Source: Psammoneis japonica
Taxonomy: Eukaryota
Length of the DNA: 64,000 nt
Assembly: GCA_008632985.1 (NCBI GenBank)
Contig: QPGO01000078.1
Location: 248,001-312,000, forward strand
Reading direction: 5' to 3'
A model generated the notes under the pieces. It did not search any database. It had not been told where the DNA came from and saw only the letters and a list, made by a program, of their open reading frames with translations. The translations under genes were made by a program, and so were the position numbers. Below, one piece after another: positions 36,856 through 47,925 of this stretch (positions are counted from its first letter, which is position 1; every line of letters begins with the position of its first letter).

Positions 36856-39550
36856 AGCATGGCAGCACAGCTCCATGTCAAGGAGGGAGAAGCACAAGAA
36901 GACGGTTTCATGGGCAATGCAGTGGGTTTGGAAAGAAGGAGAAGAAGAGAAGACACAATCCAGACAATTGGCATGCAAGAGGAAGCACAAACAATTGAAA
37001 AAAGCTGCCATGATGAATTGGAACAACGAGGAGCAAGCGGGTTGCAAAAGAGTGCAGCTCCATTGGGCACTCAACATTCTAAAAGAAAAGGGCTGCACAA
37101 AATGTGTTGTGTTTGCCTGTGCACGGAAACAACACGTCTTGACTGCTTTGCAGTTGTTCCTGCAAGTGGCTGGCATGTCGCTCCAAGGACAAAGACTTTG
37201 AGAAGTGCTCCAGTCCTTTTGGGAGAATGGCGCCATTGCTTTGGAGAGCAATCAGCAAGACCAAGACTGCGCGGCCAGTCTCTTGTGTTTTTGGCAGATG
37301 AAGGATGTTCAAGAGAACTTTGCAAGGCCAGAACTGCTGTTGTCTGTGGACACCAATGAAGAGCGGAATGGCCAAGTGGCCGCCCAGGCCTTGGAGGATG
37401 CAGAGATGGTGGACAGCTGCGAAGGGTTGCCTCACGTGCTTCAAAAGATCGTTGCAAATTGCACAAGCTGCCATGATTCCCAAGATTTAGATGCTGCTTG
37501 CATGGCCCTTGCTGCAACTGTGGGGCATGAGTGAGACAGGTTCTCAAATGCTTCATCCAGCTTCTTCCTTGGACCAGCATGCCCATGATGCAAAGGAAAG
37601 CAAGGATGATGAGGACCAGGTGGGTGAATCAGCACCGAAGCACCACAGGAGCCTGTGAGCACAGTTTTCTTGATTGCAGGGGTGTGCCAGTTTCTGCTTT
37701 TTCAGCTGTTTGGCCAGACAAAAAAAGAAAGACCAGTTGAGGGTGATGCAGCAGAGAGATCCAATTTAGAGTGTTGTCAGGGTGTGCCGCAACTGGCCAA
37801 CCACCGAAAGGCAACAGGCAGGCGTCATGCATTTGCCATGCATCACAACATCTTGTGTGCCCAAATTGAGACCTTTGATCACTCTTTCAAGGGTGGTTGA
37901 ATCCACATCATGTGCTGATCTGATCAAACAAGCTCTTTTGTGAAGTGATGTGAGACATGCGCGAAGAATGAAATTTTGGCAACAAAGGCAATGCCATTCT
38001 TGCTCTGCAGTGCAGTTGAGTCGTTTGGTGTTCTCCCCAATTTTCAAAAAAGGAACTCGTGCATTGTTCCACCAGAGAGTGAGTCGTTGAGAGCAGCATT
38101 GGCATGCCATGGCCCTCTTTCATTTTGACAGAGAGCCAAAGAAAAGATGATGGTCGACAGACAGATCTTTGCTTTGTTGGAAACTGAAAATGGCAAACAG
38201 CATCCAAAGCAGCACTCTTTGACCAGGCACCCATCAGTTCTCTCTGCTGTTTGTTGCTTTGGCATGGATGAGTCATTCCTCAACCCAGGTTCATTTGATG
38301 ACCCTTCTGATTGCTCCTTTGAATGCAACCCTTCTGATGACTCCCATGAGTGCAACCCTTCTGACGTTGATCCTCAATCCAATGATCACAACTGGACCAC
38401 CACCCAAATGATTTCCTTCCTTCTTTCCTTGGTTTGTCCCATGAATGACAATGCTGCCACATGCTCCAATGCTCCAATGACCTTTGTGACTCCCAAAGTT
38501 GGTGTCAACAAGACTTCCCCAATCTTGTCTCTCATCCTCCCCTGCGCCAGTCTTTCTCCAATTTGGACTTGCCAGACCCAACTTGACATGACACCATTCT
38601 CCCACTGATCACCTTCCACCCAAGTCCTCCACCTGCTTCCCATCTTCCTCCGTTTGCAGCCCTTCCTCTGCCACCCCATTTTGCCCATTTTCTTGTTGAT
38701 CCTTTGGCTCCTCCCTGCTCAATCCCCAAGCTTCAGTCCTTTTGTTGCCCTCCTTGAGTCCGCCGTTTCCTCCACCAACTTGGCATCACCTCCAATCCAT
38801 CCTTTTTTCATTTCCTTGCACTTGCCTGCGCTGTGGACCCCCGCATTTTCACACCATCACCAGACCTTGCCCTCCTCCTTTGCAAGTGCTTCTACAATGA
38901 GACAGCCTGTGGTGAACCTCCCCCCTCTTTCGTCTGCCAAGTTCCCACACACACCTTCTTCACTTTGACAACTTTCTGTGAAATGCTTGGATGGATCAAC
39001 CAAGTTCTGACAGCACGTGTCAGAATGTGCTGCTTCCAGCTTGTCAACCTCGGCTTGCCCCCCAACCCACATCACACACCTGTGAAGAAAGCACAGAAGC
39101 TGCTCTGCCACCAGGTTGCTTTCCGCACTTGTCTGTGCAAAGGTCAAAATGTGATTGCATTCTCCCAACACCTTAAGCTGCACATCGTTCATTTCCTTGG
39201 CTCTTCAGGCATGTCCAATGTCTTCTTCACAATCCTGGGGGTTCCATCAAAATGAACAACGTGTCCTGGCAGACATGGCCAAACAAATCTCGATGCAAAT
39301 GGGGTTTCACTTTCTCACAGAGGTCATGGAAAACACTCACAACAGTGCTGGAGACAGGAACTGCTGAGTCAAAGCAGCCCTTCATTTCATCCATGCCAAA
39401 GACTGGCCACTTCACACTGGAGCACTGCTGGCATGCCTCACAAGTCATTCCTTTTGGCTCATCTGGAGGATTGTCCTTCTGCTCTTTTAGAAATGGATGG
39501 TGCAACTTGGCACCTGCTCAACATCAATCTAAAAGGGAGTCTTCAAAAAA
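36856..39550. repeat. Degenerate repeat related to 30950-31800 and 48000-48700
   Basis: Shared blocks, e.g. ttgttgccctccttgagtc at about 31540 and 38741, and cccaaattgagacctt at about 37860 and 48396; TpA-depleted. Confidence 0.55.
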
Positions 39551-39699
39551 AAAACCAAACCCCAATTTTAAGTGCTGTCGCACCTTTGCCCAGCAACTCC
39601 GGTGCCGGCCAACCCACACTTCCAGTGCACCCTGCGGAGGATGCGGCAGAAACACAGTGCAATTAGCCGGTTTCGGCACCCCTGTTAGAGGGCGCCCGA

Positions 39700-42210
39700 C
39701 AGAGACAGCTGCAAATGGCGCGAGTGCCGCTTTTTGCGAGTCATTTGGCTTCTTTCAGGCTGTCTTTTAATCTTGGACGGACCACAGAGATCCAGTTTTG
39801 GATCCTCGTTGTCGAAAATGACAGGTGTTCTTCGACCGAATCTAATGACACACCTCTGTCCTTTGCCAAGCATTCCTGTCGTTTGTTGTTTGTCGCCGTC
39901 AGTTCGGCTTCCGCCTTTCTTCTCTGAGATGATTTCCGAGACTCAACATCATGCCCATGAACCAACTTGTTGTGCTCCTCCCACAGTTCCCACCAGTTCT
40001 TCCACATGAAAGACCCCATCTGAACCGTCCAATCCAGTGGCTGTTTGTTTTCCTCCTGACATTGTCGTAAGATGCCTGAGTCGCGGAGGTGTCCGGATTG
40101 TAAAAGATTCCACATGCACGAGCATCTGCCGTTGAATGTCTGTCTCCATCCCATGTCCGATTGAGCTCTCCATGGTTCCTTGCATCGGCAATCCACGTCG
40201 TCGAGATGCGTCAGTTCTTCGTTAAACCAGGCCTGGAGCATTTCCAACAGAAAGTCACGGAGAGCAGGCATTGTGTCGATCTTGTCGCAATGATGTCGGA
40301 GACCCTGCAAGAACTTCCTTCTCCACTGTTCATCATTTGGACACCGAAGTGTGTGGTCCCTGTCCTCCATCGGATGCTCACATGTGATGCAGTGGTGCGG
40401 TCGAACTGGGTTGCATCTGTTTGCGATCTTGTTGGTCGGCAGCAAGTCATGGACCAGTTTCACGGCATTCACGTGTTGTTGTGAATGACGTTTCACCAGA
40501 ACCGCGTGAGCGTCCCAATCGATTGGATCCACCACTGAAGGATCCCATTTGTTCCGTTCGACAACACATTCCATCAGTTCAGGAGCAGTGGCAGCGCACC
40601 GGATCTGTTTCTTGCAGTTCGTCGTGATTGTGCATCCGTCAATCTCCAGATGCGAGAGGCAATGTGGCAGATGCTTGACCTGATGCATGTCATGCGGATG
40701 ATGGCCTTGACAAGCTCCTGCCAATTTGTCCGCTCGGATGTTAACTCTGGCATTTAATGGCAATGAGTGGATGGGAGATTGCCTGTCTTGATGTCCTTTT
40801 GCCCATTGCACTGGAGGCAGAGCGAGATCGGCTGCATCCGACAGTTGCGTCAAAGCTTGCTGGGTGTGGAGGATCTCATTCAAAACACCCCAATCCGGAG
40901 CCACAGCATTGGCCCCATGATGGCGAATGTGAAAGTCGTGTTGTTCATGTGCGTCATTCTCGGGATCACTCACCGGTGGGGTGGGAGTCAATTTAGACAA
41001 GCAGTTCGCCAGTGCTTTGTTGTCGCAATGAATCACTGCATCCAAAGGAACGGTGACACGGCAGTGTTCGCACAGCCGACAGATGAATCTTGCAATGGAT
41101 GGAATGCTGCACGCTTCTGCTTGGTGAGAGGACGGAGTCTTCCCAAAAACTGGCCCTGCACAATCCACTGGTGGTGCACCATCCACAGCAATGGTCCACC
41201 CAAAGGTGGCTCCATCTTGGACTGATCCATCACTGCCTGCGGTGAGATGAGACAAAAGAAAGCATTGAGCCACTGTTTGAGGAGAAACATGAAATGCCAA
41301 GTCTTCAAATGGTGTAGATTCCCACTTCTCGAGGCCCTGAAGATGCGACACAAAGGAATCTGGAGTGGTTGGAGAGTGGAAAGCGGTTGATGAAGTGCGC
41401 GGGATCTCAAAACGCCATCGTCCGTCTTCAATGGCAGACACCTCAACTGGGTGAGAAGAATCGGAAGGATTTGGTGCTGTCTCCATCTCTCTGACAGAAT
41501 CAGCGATTGTCCTGTTTGCTTGAAATGTGTCACAACCGGTTGGAGATGTACACACAAACACTCCTTGGATGGGGAAAAGCGTGCAGTTGATTGCATCCTC
41601 ATCTGGGACGGTGGCAGAAGCCAATCTCCTAGGGGCTCTTTTAAATGCAGTGACTTCGGATGGCACAGGGCTGAACAAAATTTCTTCCAGACTTTCCATG
41701 CTCGCTGGCATGGCTTGCACTGCTCGATGTTGTTGAGTGCACTGACACTGCTTTGCAAGGACGGTTCCCCTTGTGCTTTTGACCCATCCAGCGTCATCCC
41801 ATCTGAGAGAGCAATGTCTGAAACAGATGAGACTTTCAGGTGCAGACGGCAACAATTTAGCCACCGGATCTCACGCGCGGCAAAGGACTGGGAATGCAAA
41901 GCAACATCCATCAAGTGCTGGTCGTCATCTCGTTGAAGTGGAAGGACCCCGTTGTGGCGTAGAAACACCCGGCCATTGATCTGCTGTAAAAACAACCCAA
42001 CAGACGCGAACCATCTAGATTCCACATGAGGCAATGCGGCATCGACGTCCCACAAGAAACTCTCACCAGTTCCCAAGTTCAGTTGGATCCACGCTGCGGC
42101 GATGTGAAGAAGCTTGTGCGGTTGATCCTCCCCGAGCTGCAAGTGCAAAAGGGAGTCTTCAATGTCATGTGCAAAGGCATCAAAGCTGCCTTGTAGAAAC
42201 AGCAGGCGGT
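39700..42210 (-). mobile_element. 5'-truncated non-LTR retrotransposon with RNase H domain (Ambal-like)
   Basis: AGSDGSV, SSHQAEAC (expected SSYRAEAY), IHCDNKAL, WAKGHQD and NIRADKLA RNase H motifs; upstream LNCCRLHLKVSSVSDI; C-terminal CxxC..HxxxC knuckle. Confidence 0.75.
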
Positions 42211-44548
42211 TGCAGAATCCGGGCGAGTGCCATGTCTGCTTGGAATTTTTGTCATCAAAGCTCTCAACATGCTCTTGATGCAGGCTTCTTGCACTCTCTG
42301 GATGCTTGCTCCAGATTTCTTTCGAGTGTGTTGTGCAATTCTTTGGGCTTTCATGCTTGTGTCCTCTTTTGTTTTTTGTTTCCTTGCAGCACCCAGACTC
42401 CACATTGTGGCACTTCAGATCCCCTCCAATGATGACAGAGTGAGTCAATTCTTTGTTCAAAACCTTTTGACATGAGGGTTGCTGAGCAGTGCACCCAGCC
42501 AGTGAGATGCAACGGCTTCCCGCACTGGGGGCATTTTGTTTGCATGCTGCCTCCAATGTTGAAACTGTCATCCTTTGCGCTCTGTCAAAGATTTCTGGAC
42601 AAACAAAAACAATGTCCAAGTCAGAAGGAATCACGAATTCTTCCACTGCCTTCATGACTTCAGCTTCTGTCCATGATGGTCCAATGTGATGTTTTTCAGT
42701 GCAGAGCCTTGGGGGTGTGGGAATGTGCTTTGGGTGGCTTGGCATGACTCTGTCCAAATGCTTTCTCAGGTCTCCTTCTCTGAATTGAAGCAAGTCCTGT
42801 CATTCCCAGATGCCCTTCCTCTCTTTTGATCACTCATGGGCACTGCAAAAGGCATGCCACCTTTGTCAACACAAGGCAACTTGTCACATTCCTTCAGCTT
42901 CCTGAGGCATGCTTGGATGGGGTGAGCTCTTTTTCCACTTTTGGTGCTCGTCACATCTGAAGGGGTGGCAGAAGATGGTCGCGCGCTGGCTGCAAAGACT
43001 TTGAAGCAACATTTCTTCGGTGGAAGAACGCAGCCACAGACGACTGGGAAGACATGGCAAGTCATTGGAAACAACAACAGCTGCACGTGACAAGAGCACC
43101 AGTGCGACTGTTTTTGTCTCTGCACCCTTTTTGACTCTCGCTGATCTGGCTGCGCAAAGCACCATCATCATTTTGGTTGTTCGTCATGAGGAATTTAATT
43201 GCAACACAGAATGGCATGATGCACTGCACCAGAAAAAGACATGTGCCCAAGACGACATTGCTTGATGCTGCGATGCTCTGCATGCGTGCAAATTGGCACG
43301 CATGTCGCAGACACACGACACGCTGCGATGCACTCCGCAGCCTCTTCTGGTGTGTCGCATCGCAGCATGTCGCAGACATGTGAGAAAGCTGCGAGATGCG
43401 CCCACGCAGCCAAAATGAGTTTTTTTTCGACAGTGCTTCTACATGATCCCGTTTATTCTCTCGTGTCGGAGAGATCATCGGATCTCTCCATGCTGTCTGT
43501 GCTAGTCTGTCTGACAGAAGGGAGTGTGCTCCCCATCTCGGATGTCTGACAAAAACAAAAAATGCAGCTTTTGTGACCTTGCAAAAGCTCATCTCCTTTC
43601 GCGCTTCTGTGACTCCATTGTGTCGATGAGGAGATGTTCACAAAGGCTGAAGGACATCGACCGTCTATGTATGTCAAGCGACATCCGATTCTCAGCTTGG
43701 GGCTTGGGCTTGAGTGGAGATTCGGGACTCAACAAAGAATGGGCCGTGGGCTTCACGCAGGTTTAAAATGGTAAAAACGCCACCATATCCACGATTGAAG
43801 AAGCTCAACAGCCCATAACCCTCCCACGCTGAATGACGATGACGGCGGCGCAGACGGTTTAGATGCACTCGTCCGACACAATGGTGGCCGAGAGGGACAT
43901 GTTGGGAAGTGACATGTATACGATGACGACTTCAAGAGTCTTTTTTGCATTTTATACCGCTTCATTACAAGTCGACAAAATTTTGAAAAGCGGACGTGTC
44001 AATTTTGTTTGGAAACGAGAGGTTTTTTCAAGAGCAACTTGTACGACAATTGGATTGAGATTTTCTCTTTTATTGCGCACTATTGGAAGTACATAACTGC
44101 AAAAATACGTTTGCCTTTTATTGATCGAGAAGGAATGGGCATATGGCAAAAGAGTCCGACAACGGAAACAGATGATGCTCTCAGACTCCCGATGAATCTG
44201 GAAGCAGTGCAAATGATTCATTCATTCTCATTGCAGACGCACACCAGACGCATGTGTTTCTTGATTGGTTTATGAGCAACTACCAAAAGAACTGCTCTAC
44301 AAGAAAGCAAAGCATTGAGAAAAGATTCGCATCATCAAATCACCGTCGACATGGTCTTCGTCGAGTCGGAAGATTGACAGACGTTGTTAACAACGCGCGA
44401 GATAGATAGATCTGCGAGATCGATCGAACGCTTGCACGATGCGCTTCAGGAAACGAGAACTCTGACGCAACTAACGCGATCATAAATCACAAACCTGGTA
44501 CGAAACTCAAAGTAGCCTTCTCGTTCTTTTCGAAAACATTTATGCACA

Positions 44549-46453
44549 ATGATGATTCATCTCTCACACTACGTCTTATCCCTTCTCTTGCTTCCCTCGT
44601 GGAGTTTAGGCCAGCTCGAAACTAGCAGCATTGGAATTGGCAGTTGCAGGCTCCCCGAGGCATGCCTAATCGCAGAAAACTCGACTGTTGGGTATGGGTC
44701 GTGTAACAGTCATTCTAGTGATTACCCGCCATGCGCATGTCGCGGCTTCGACTATGACGATGACGGAGAGTTAGTGGAATGCTCCGGGCTGATAAATGTC
44801 ACGATTGGTGACAACAGCTGCAATGATGGGTATGCCTGTGCTGATGTCGCAGGCAGCAACATCAAAAACCATGCTTGTAATGGAGAAGGAGCGTGTCACG
44901 ATCTAACCAGAACAGCGATTAATGACAATTCATGCAATGACGAACGGACCTGCGCGAGTAGCAGAGAGTCAAAGGTCCGTGCTGGTTCCTGCAACGACCC
45001 ATACGCTTGCACCGGTCTAACCAAAACCGTGATTGGCGATGACAGCTGTAACAGTTATGAGGCATGCTATCTTATTGAGGCGTCAAAGGTGACTGCGGGC
45101 TCCTGTAATGCCGAAGGAGCCTGCTCTAGCATTGTCTCAGGAAATGTCAAAAACAACAGCTGCAATGCTGTCGGTGGTTGTCAATCTCAACGCCAATCAG
45201 TGGTGAAACGCGGATCTTGCAACGGGGAAAATGCATGCGCAGGAACAATCGACGGAGTGATTGACAACAGCAGCTGCAATGCTCTCCGTAGTTGTCGATC
45301 TCAAACCCGATCCGTGGTGAAACGTGGATCGTGCAACGGAAAGAATGCATGCCGAGGAACAATCGACGCCGTGATTGAAGCCAACAGCTGTAACTGTGAC
45401 TGGTGCTGTGCATTCTGCTCTAATTCGACTGTGCCGAGGAATCAATGCAACGGCATTACAAGCAGATGCAAATTCTGCGTGAAGGACGGCAGCAATGAGG
45501 TCGGGAAAGGCTCTTGTTATTATAACGCTTTTGCTTGTTCAGATATGGTGAATAGCACTGTGAGTGATGGCAGTTGTAATGGGGAGAGTGCATGTCGTGG
45601 GACCAAGAATAGCATGATAAGTGACGGCAGTTGCAATGGTGATTCTGTCTGTCGGGAGCTCGTGAATACAACGATTCAATACACAAGCTGCAATGGTTTA
45701 GAATCATGTCGATCTCTTATAGAAACAGTGATCAAAAACAGGAGCTGCAATGACTACGGACTTGACAGGTATCGTACGGATCGTGCATGTTCTGACCAAC
45801 TCAAATCTGTGATAAGCAATGGATCGTGCAATGGCAGCGAAGCTTGTCGGTCTCACACCAGGACCAAGATTCACGACCACAGCTGCAACGGGGACAACGC
45901 ATGTTCACATCAACAAGAGACAATCGTTGGACCAGAGTCATGCAACCATTATGACGCATGTCACTTTCAACAAAAGTCGATCGTTGGGTTCAACAATTGC
46001 AACAATTACTTTTCTTGCACCAAGATTGTCAATGCCGGCAGCCAATCCCACAGCTGCAACGGGGACCACGCGTGTTCAAATCAACAAGAGTCAATCATTA
46101 GACCAAAGTCGTGCAACGATGCCTACGCGTGCCATGAGCAACAAGAGACCATAGTTGGGTTGAACTCTTGCAACAATTTCTTTTCTTGTGCCAAGATTGT
46201 CAATGCCACTATCAGCGACAAGAGCTGCAACGCGGAGAGCGCGTGTAAACTCCAAAACGGCTCCCGCATTTTTAATTCGTCCTGCAACGGCAAGAAAACT
46301 TGTGTCGGATTGGCCGGCGCCACCATTGGACCTAACAGCTGTAACTGCCAAGCATGCTGCTACAAATGCTCTAACGTGACCGTGCCCAAGGGTCAGTGCA
46401 ATGATGACGATGGAGTCGGCATTGTGAATGGCATCTGCAGCTACTGTTTGTAG
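44549..46453 (+). CDS. Secreted cysteine-rich protein built of ~19-aa SCNxxxAC repeats
   Basis: Intact 634-aa ORF with signal peptide; repeat period about 57 bp; two modules each capped by NSCNCxxCCxxCSNxTVPxxQCN; normal TpA content. Confidence 0.85.
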   Translation: MMIHLSHYVLSLLLLPSWSLGQLETSSIGIGSCRLPEACLIAENSTVGYGSCNSHSSDYPPCACRGFDYDDDGELVECSGLINVTIGDNSCNDGYACADVAGSNIKNHACNGEGACHDLTRTAINDNSCNDERTCASSRESKVRAGSCNDPYACTGLTKTVIGDDSCNSYEACYLIEASKVTAGSCNAEGACSSIVSGNVKNNSCNAVGGCQSQRQSVVKRGSCNGENACAGTIDGVIDNSSCNALRSCRSQTRSVVKRGSCNGKNACRGTIDAVIEANSCNCDWCCAFCSNSTVPRNQCNGITSRCKFCVKDGSNEVGKGSCYYNAFACSDMVNSTVSDGSCNGESACRGTKNSMISDGSCNGDSVCRELVNTTIQYTSCNGLESCRSLIETVIKNRSCNDYGLDRYRTDRACSDQLKSVISNGSCNGSEACRSHTRTKIHDHSCNGDNACSHQQETIVGPESCNHYDACHFQQKSIVGFNNCNNYFSCTKIVNAGSQSHSCNGDHACSNQQESIIRPKSCNDAYACHEQQETIVGLNSCNNFFSCAKIVNATISDKSCNAESACKLQNGSRIFNSSCNGKKTCVGLAGATIGPNSCNCQACCYKCSNVTVPKGQCNDDDGVGIVNGICSYCL

Positions 46454-47739
46454 ACAAGGCGTGGCTCTCTTCGATACATATTTACATAGCAACGAGTCGT
46501 CATTGGACGTGAGGGATGGCTCTATATTCATTGCATATGATTCATATTGCGAGACGCAAAGAAACGAGAATAAGAGAGATACGTGCTCTATAGCCGTTCA
46601 CAAAGAACTCGCAATACAGGCGAAAGAAGAAATATACACAATTAGACAAATCTTATGTTTGATGCGATCGTTAGTCTCTTATCATTTATGAGTGGTGGGA
46701 GGATGCGTTATTGTCATTGTTTTCTCTAGGTGGACAGCGTTTGACCGCAACGTGTGCCGCCAGTAAAAAGAGGGCCGTGACACCGTGAATTGCTCATCAC
46801 ATTGCGAAGTGTGCGACATTCTCCATACGCGAAGCAAAAAGATGCAAAATTGACCCCGCGAATTGCTCGTCACATTGCGAAGTGGGGCCAATTCCTAGAG
46901 GACAAGTCCATCAAACCGCCGTGCTCTCGACAAGGATGCGTGAAAAGCTTGACCGCCACCGAAGCTGGCTTTCTCTAGATTGGCAGACCCTGTGCGCCAT
47001 CAAAGGCTTGCATCCGAGGAACCGTCATCATCAACTGGCAAGATGGCAGTGCGCATTTTCTGTGAAAAGCTGAATGCGCTCGCAGCTGGCACCAACCCAA
47101 AGCTGTCTTCCTTGCTTCTATTTGTTTCATTGTCGCTGCACAAAAGCAGCGCATTTTTCGCTCCCGTCTGCAGTGCTGCACTTCCCGCGCTAGAGTTCTC
47201 GGCGGGCTTTCGAAAAAGACGCTCTGGGCCATGCTTTTCTCTCGTGGCACACATCTTGGGGCTGGGTGGCATGTCTTCTTTTTGAACAACCGCTTTGAAG
47301 TCTTTCTCCTCTTCTTGCGGCTGGGCTTTTGTACGACGTACGACGTTTCTTTGGTGCACCTCTTGTGCAGACTTCTTTTGCAGCATCTTGGTGTCACGAA
47401 TCCTTGCTGTGAAAACGTTTCTATCTCTTCAAATTGATTGAATCCTCTTGTCTTCTCTGGTGTTGTGAAATGGCACATGGAGGAGTTGCGACACAAGACA
47501 GCTCTTCAATGGCTCTCCTGTTGATGGCGCGGCATGGTGCATTGGATCGGACGGGGTCTTGGCACAATCAAGATCTGTTCCAAACAAAACCTTTTGCACA
47601 TGAGCAGTCTGGAGTGGCTCTTTGTGGTCTGGCAGTGCGCATGGCCACGGGCATTCAACGATTGGAGAATTCAACAATCGAGTGAATTCAAATCGAAAAC
47701 CTGTGCACATCACTGCGGCTTGCCGTTTTCTGTGTTGGA

Positions 47740-47925
47740 GAGAAAAAATGTGAGATGGAATTTCCGGGAAAGATTCTCACACAGAATCTACAAAAGATTG
47801 CACCACAACATCTTTCTGCGGGTTTGCGCTCTGAGAAAAAATGTGAGATGGAATTTCCGGGAGACATTCTCACACAGAATCTACGAAAGATTGCACCACA
47901 ACATCTTTCTGCGGGTTCGCGCCCT
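47740..47925. repeat. 93-bp tandem duplication
   Basis: gagaaaaaatgtgagatggaatttccggg...ctgcgggtt x2 (tgtgagatgg at 47749 and 47842). Confidence 0.85.

Noticed and set aside
27600..39700. The many 60-500 aa Cys/His-rich ORFs as novel genes
   Set aside because: They are by-products of TAA/TAG loss in mutated repeats and overlap in all frames.
27540..43700. Classical fungal RIP or CpG deamination as the cause of the TG/CA excess
   Set aside because: RIP increases TpA. CpG decay cannot turn Tyr codons into His/Cys, and CpG is retained in strongly TA-depleted LTRs and pol.
43770..44280. Possible gene in the TA-normal gap
   Set aside because: Only short ORFs with no recognisable motif or consistent splice structure.
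47740..47925. CRISPR-like array
   Set aside because: Two adjacent 93-bp copies with no spacers, no cas genes and a eukaryotic context.
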